Origin: Auanema rhodensis
Lineage: Eukaryota; Animalia; Nematoda
Direction: 5' to 3'
DNA: 64,000 bases
NCBI GenBank assembly: GCA_964057225.1
Contig: CAXKVF010000002.1
Location: 1 to 64,000, forward strand
The notes beneath the pieces were generated by a model, which was not told the DNA's origin, did not search any database, and was given only the letters and a program-made list of their open reading frames with translations. The stretch's first letter is position 1. Each line of letters begins with the position of its first letter. This document shows positions 59,391 to 64,000 of this stretch, one piece after another. A program made the position numbers and the translations under genes.

Positions 59391-62300
59391 TCAACACGGT
59401 GGAATGAAGTTATAATATTTTTTTTTTCATATTTTCTTAAAGAATATACAAAACCTAAATATCTTCACTTGAAATGTACAACACAATTAGAAATCGCAAT
59501 ATATTGTATCCAGGAAAAACTCAAGGAAGATGCATATTTATCGTCTGTATTGCACATTTCAACACCGTGGAATGAAGTTGTAATATTTTTTTTTTCATAT
59601 TTTCTTAAAGAATATACAAAACCTAAATATCTTCACTTGAAATGTACAACACAATTAGAAATCGCAATATATTGTATCGAGGAAAAACTCGAGGAAGATG
59701 CATATTTATCGTCTGTATTGCACATTTCAACACCGTGGTATGAAGTTGTAATACTGTTTTTTTCATATTTTCTTAAAGAATATACAAAACCTTAATATGT
59801 TCACTTGAAATTTACAACACAATTAGAAATCGCAATATATTGTATCGAGGAAAAACTCAAGGAAGATGCATATTTATCGTCTGTATTGCACATTTCAACA
59901 CCGTGGAATGAAGTTTTAATACTGTTTTTTTCATATTTTCTTAGAGAATATACAAAACCTAAATATCTTCACTTGAAATGTACAACACAGTTTAAAATCG
60001 CAATATATTGTATCGAGGAAAAACTCAAGGAAGATGCATATTTATCGTCTGTATTGCACATTTCAACACGGTGGAATGAAGTTGTAATATTTTTTTTTTC
60101 ATATTTTCTTAAAGAATATACAAAACCTAAATATCTTCACATGAAATGTACAACACAATTAGAAATCGCAATATATTGTATCCAGGAAAAACTCAAGGAA
60201 GATGCATATTTATCGTCTGTATTGCACATTTCAACACCGTGGAATGAAGTTGTAATATTTTTTTTTTCATATTTTCTTAAAGAATATACAAAACCTAAAT
60301 ATCTTCACATGAAATGTACAACACAATTAGAAATCGCAATATATTGTATCGAGGAAAAACTCAAGGAAGATACATATTTATCGTCTGTATTGCACATTTC
60401 AACACCGTGGAATGAAGTTGTAATACTGTTTTTTTCATATTTTCTTAAAGAATATACAAAACCTAAATATCTTCACATGAAATGTACAACACAATTAGAA
60501 ATTGCAATATATTGTGTCTAGGAAAAACTCAAGGTAGATGCATATTTATCGTCTGTATTGCACATTTCAACACGGTGGAATGAAGTTGTAATATTTTTTT
60601 TTTCATATTTTCTTAAAGAATATACAAAACCTTAGTATTTTCACTTGAAATGTACAACACAATTAGAAAACGCAATATATTGTATCGAGGAAAAACTCAA
60701 GGAAGATGCATATTTATCGTCTGTATTGCACATTTCAACACCGTGGTATGAAGTTGTAATACTGTTTTTTTCATATTTTCTTAAAGAATATACAAAACCT
60801 AAATATCTTCACATGAAATGTACAACACAATTAGAAATCGCAATATATTGTATCGAGAAAAAACTCAAGGAAGATGCATATTTATCGTCTGTATTGCACA
60901 TTTCAACACCGTGGTATGAAGTTGTAATACTGTTTTTTTCATATTTTCTTAAGGAATATACAAAACCTAAATATCTTCACATGAAATGTACAACACAATT
61001 AGAAATTGCAATATATTGTGTCTAGGAAAAACTCAAGGTAGATGCATATTTATCGTCTGTATTGCACATTTCAACACGGTGGAATGAAGTTGTAATATTT
61101 TTTTTTTCATATTTTCTTAAAGAATATACAAAACCTTAGTATTTTCACTTGAAATGTACAACACAATTAGAAATCGCAATGTATTGTATCGAGGAAAAAC
61201 TCAAGGAAGATGCATATTTATCGTCTGTATTGCACATTTCAACACCGTGGTATGATGTTGTAATACTGTTTTTTTCATATTTTCTTAAAGAATATACAAA
61301 ACCTAAATATCTTCACTTGAAATGTACAACACAGTTTAAAATTGCAATATATTGTATCGAGGAAAAACTCAAGGAAGATGCATATTTATCGTCTGTATTG
61401 CACATTTCAACACGGTGGAATGAAGTTGTAATATTTTTTTTTTCATATTTTCTTAAAGAATATACAAAACCTAAATATCTTCACATGAAATGTACAACAC
61501 AATTAGAAATCGCAATATATTGTATCGAGGAAAAACTCAAGGAAGATGCATATTTATCGTCTGTATTGCACATTTCAACACCGTGGAATGAAGTTGTAAT
61601 ACTGTTTTTTTCATATTTTCTTAAAGAATATACAAAACCTAAATATTTTCATTTGAAATGTACAACACAGTTTAAAATCGCAATATATTGTATCGAGAAA
61701 AAACTCGAGGAAGATGCATATTTATCGTCTGTGTTGCACATTTCAACACGGTGGAATGAAGTTGTAATATTTTTTTTTTCATATTTTCTTAAAGAATATA
61801 CAAAACCTAAATATCTTCACTTGAAATGTACAACACAATTAGAAATTGCAATATATTGTGTCTAGGAAAAACTCAAGGTAGATGCATATTTATCGTCTGT
61901 ATTGCACATTTCAACACGGTGGAATGAAGTTGTAATATTTTTTTTTCATATTTTCTTAAAGAATATACAAAACCTTAGTATTTTCACTTGAAATGTACAA
62001 CACAATTAGAAAACGCAATATATTGTATCGAGGAAAAACTCAAGGAAGATGCATATTTATCGTCTGTATTGCACATTTCAACACCGTGGAATGAAGTTGT
62101 AATACTGTTTTTTTCATATTTTCTTAAAGAATATACAAAACCTAAATATCTTCACTTGAAATGTACAACACAGTTTAAAATCGCAATATATTGTATCGAG
62201 AAAAAACTCAAGGAAGATGCATATTTATCGTCTGTATTGCACATTTCAACACGGTGGAATGAAGTTGTAATATTTTTTTTTTTCATATTTTCTTAAAGAA

Positions 62301-63332
62301 TATACAAAACCTTAGTATCTTCACTTGAAATGTACAACACAATTAGAAAACGCAATATATTGTATCGAGGAAAAACTCAAGGAAGATGCATATTTATCGT
62401 CTGTATTGCACATTTCAACACCGTGGAATGAAGTTGTAATACTGTTTTTTTCATATTTTCTTAAAGAATATACAAAACCTAAATATCTTCATTTGAAATG
62501 TACAACACAGTTTAAAATCGCAATATATTGTATCGAGAAAAAACTCGAGGAAGATGCATATTTATCGTCTGTGTTGCACATTTCAACACGGTGGAATGAA
62601 GTTGTAATATTTTTTTTTTCATATTTTCTTAAAGAATATACAAAACCTAAATATCTTCACTTGAAATGTACAACACAGTTTAAAATCGCAATATATTGTA
62701 TCGAGGAAAAACTCAAGGAAGATGCATATTTATCGTCTGTATTGCACATTTCAATACCGTGGAATGATGTTGTAATACTGTTTTTTTCATATTTTCTTAA
62801 AGAATATACAAAACCTAAATATGTTCACTTGAAATGTACAACACAATTAGAAATCGCAATATATTGTATCGAGGAAAAACTCAAGGAAGATGCATATTTA
62901 TCGTCTGTATTGCACATTTCAACACGGTGGAATGAAGTTGTAATATTTTTTTTTTCATATTTTCTTAAAGAATATACAAAATCTAAATATCTTCACATGA
63001 AATGTACAACACAATTAGAAATCGCAATATATTGTATCGAGGAAAAACTCAAGGAAGATGCATATTTATCGTCTGTATTGCACATTTCAACACCGTGGAA
63101 TGATGTTGTAATACTGTTTTTTTCATATTTTCTTAAAGAATATACAAAACCTAAATATCTTCACTTGAAATGTACAACACAGTTTAAAATCGCAATATAT
63201 TGTATCGAGGAAAAACTCAAGGAAGATGCATATTTATCGTCTGTATTGCACATTTCAACACCGTGGAATGAAGTTTTAATACTGTTTTTTTCATATTTTC
63301 TTAGAGAATATACAAAACCTAAATATCTTCAC

Positions 63333-63341
63333 TTCCTTGAG
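63333..63341 (-). other. 9-bp insertion that is an inverted copy of a B-monomer segment
   Basis: Consensus CTTCAC|TTGAAATG becomes CTTCAC-TTCCTTGAG-TTGAAATG. CTTCCTTGAGTT (63332-63343) is the exact reverse complement of consensus AACTCAAGGAAG (e.g. 63214-63225). Confidence 0.92.
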
Positions 63342-64000
63342 TTGAAATGTACAACACAGTTCAAAATCGCAAGGAAGATGCATATTTATCGTCTGTATTG
63401 CACATTTCAACACCGTGGAATGAAGTTTTAATACTGTTTTTTTCATATTTTCTTAGAGAATATACAAAACCTAAATATCTTCACTTGAAATGTACAACAC
63501 AGTTTAAAATCGCAATATATTGTATCGAGGAAAAACTCAAGGAAGATGCATATTTATCGTCTGTATTGCACATTTCAACACGGTGGAATGAAGTTGTAAT
63601 ATTTTTTTTTCATATTTTCTTAAAGAATATACAAAACCTAAATATCTTCACATGAAATGTACAACACAATTAGAAATTGCAATATATTGTATCGAGGAAA
63701 AACTCAAGGAAGATGCATATTTATCGTCTGTATTGCACATTTCAACACCGTGGAATGAAGTTGTAATACTGTTTTTTTCATATTTTCTTAAAGAATATAC
63801 AAAATCTTAGTATCTTCACTTGAAATGTACAACACAGTTTGGAATCGCAATATATTGTATCGAGGAAAAACTCAAGGAAGATGCATATTTATCGTCTGTA
63901 TTGCACATTTCAACACCGTGGAATGAAGTTGTAATATTTTTTTTTTCATATTTTCTTAAAGAATATACAAAACCTAAATATCTTCACTTGAAATGTACAA

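Larger units (their letters stand above)
12942..64000. repeat. Satellite array B, 168-bp monomer, ~304 head-to-tail copies with nested higher-order structure; continues past the window end
   Basis: The consensus TTGAAATGTACAACACAATTAGAAATCGCAATATATTGTATCGAGGAAAAACTCAAGGAAGATGCATATTTATCGTCTGTATTGCACATTTCAACACCGTGGAATGAAGTTGTAATATTTTTTTTTTCATATTTTCTTAAAGAATATACAAAACCTAAATATCTTCAC recurs every 168 bp (e.g. 13004, 13172, 13340). The ORF track shows the matching 56-aa periodicity. Orientation is the same throughout. Confidence 0.99.

Noticed and set aside
13000-63655. All ORFs in the six-frame track as protein-coding genes
   Set aside because: They are translations of the satellite monomer. Lengths are set by random stops and T-run frameshifts, many start at TTG, and no recognisable domain is present.
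1-64000. CRISPR array
   Set aside because: Whole monomers are repeated, with no unique spacers and no cas genes.
1-64000. Hammerhead ribozyme satellite (as in newt satellite 2, schistosome Sm-alpha or Dolichopoda pDo500)
   Set aside because: The core CTGANGA (or TCNTCAG on the reverse strand) is absent from both consensus monomers. The nearest is CTGACAC on the minus strand of A. An Infernal/Rfam scan would be needed to exclude other ribozymes.
1-64000. CENP-B box or identity with primate alpha satellite (171 bp) or Arabidopsis CEN178
   Set aside because: No TTCGnnnnAnnCGGG motif and no sequence similarity that I can recognise. Only the monomer length is similar.
1-64000. 5S rRNA, tRNA or spliced-leader RNA tandem gene array
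   Set aside because: No recognisable 5S, tRNA (GTTCRA T-loop in a cloverleaf) or SL sequence, and GC content is low. The multi-arm fold of B lacks tRNA geometry.

Overview
The whole window is eukaryotic-type satellite DNA. There is no supportable gene, RNA gene, CRISPR array or autonomous mobile element. Two unrelated AT-rich tandem arrays with nucleosome-sized monomers meet at a single base (~12942). Array A (1-12942) has a 176-bp monomer (~35% GC by hand count, ~73.5 copies). It is almost invariant, and two linked SNPs give it a trimer/tetramer higher-order pattern. Array B (12942-64000, running off the window) has a 168-bp monomer (~28% GC, ~304 copies). It is more variable and is organised in nested duplications of about 0.5, 1.2, 1.3, 1.6, 4.2, 10.5-11.5 and 15-16 kb. 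All ORFs in the track are artefacts of a 168-bp (56-codon) monomer that has one stop-free frame. The most unusual signals are: (i) a 94-bp fold-back module in every B monomer, with 18-bp inverted arms flanked by CAC direct repeats (MITE-like or cruciform); (ii) variants that perfect those quasi-palindromes; (iii) a 9-bp inverted templated insertion at 63333; (iv) an amplified 25-bp microhomology deletion; and (v) the sharp, undiverged A/B junction. A (peri)centromeric location is plausible but is only inference, and I cannot identify the organism.
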